A DNA stretch of 64,000 bases from Sminthopsis crassicaudata (taxonomy: Eukaryota): the NCBI RefSeq assembly GCF_048593235.1, contig NC_133617.1, positions 46,399,767 to 46,463,766 of the forward strand, in the 5' to 3' direction. The translations under genes were made by a program, and so were the position numbers. This document shows positions 59,291 to 64,000 of this stretch, piece after piece. The notes under the pieces were generated by a model. It searched no databases and was not told the origin of the DNA. It was given only the letters and a program-made list of their open reading frames with translations. Positions within the stretch are counted from its first letter, which is position 1; each line of letters begins with the position of its first letter.

Positions 59291-59759
59291 TGCAAGCTTT
59301 CACGCTCTCTACAAACGACACGTTAGGAGGTGAATTTGTGACTGGGTCCGGGGGACCTCTGGGTGTTCGAATGCCTTTCTGGGTAATTAATTAATAATAA
59401 TACCGGTAACAGCGCTTTGAGGTTGCAGAGTGCTTTTCGACTATACCCCCTCGGAGCCAGGAGCTACTATTATCCCGGTGTTACCTTTGGGAAACTAGTA
59501 TCAGGAGTTCGTTATAACGGGCACGAATGCTGCGGCCGCCAAACAGACCTTTCCCATCTTGCCACTTTCACGAAACAGGCTCCGAGAGAAGAAACTGACT
59601 TGGGGTGGGGAGCCAAGGAGCTGGGTCACGTGGTCGGGGCGTGGCCAGGTGAGGGAAGGGGCCCTCGCCAGGTGGGAAGGGGCGTGGTCTCCCGCACCGA
59701 CGCGAGTAGAAACCCCGCCCCCCTGGGCCAGACCCGGAAGCGGCGGCCCCAGAGGGAAG

Positions 59760-63949
<4,190 letters not shown>

Positions 63950-64000
63950 TAGGTCCCATTAGGGGGAGAGGGGTCAAATCCAGGCTGACCTCCCTTTTTG

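Overview
This is mammalian genomic DNA, most likely from a dasyurid marsupial (Tasmanian devil-like). That inference rests on WSINE1-type and MAR1 SINEs, marsupial L1 3' ends and hAT MITEs. The window holds the conserved gene block syntenic with human 19p13.2: CAMSAP3 (+, 19 coding exons including two cassette exons, 1287 aa), XAB2/SYF1 (-, 19 exons, 862 aa), PET100 (+, 4 exons, 74 aa), PCP2/L7 (-, 4 exons, 130 aa) and STXBP2/Munc18-2 exons 1-10 (+, runs off the window). I walked all exon boundaries by hand; every intron is GT-AG and phases are consistent. Positions 1-9600 are intergenic and rich in old repeats (L2, L3/CR1, MIR/MAR1). There are three CpG-island promoters, one bidirectional (XAB2/PET100), and two short N gaps. 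I found no prokaryotic-type system, CRISPR array, tRNA or rRNA gene, and no new multi-gene system. The best leads are: (1) a phase-compatible upstream two-exon module that would give PCP2 a 55-aa N-terminal extension; (2) an LTR in PET100 intron 1 followed by a triplicated tRNA-Glu primer-binding site; (3) an L1 relic that becomes CpG-rich toward the STXBP2 promoter; (4) two 192-bp OC1-like hAT MITEs; (5) an interrupted CGG repeat with a poly-Gly uORF layout in the CAMSAP3 leader; (6) RBFOX/SRRM-type motifs around the CAMSAP3 cassette exons. Repeat family names and human/mouse comparisons come from memory and need database confirmation.
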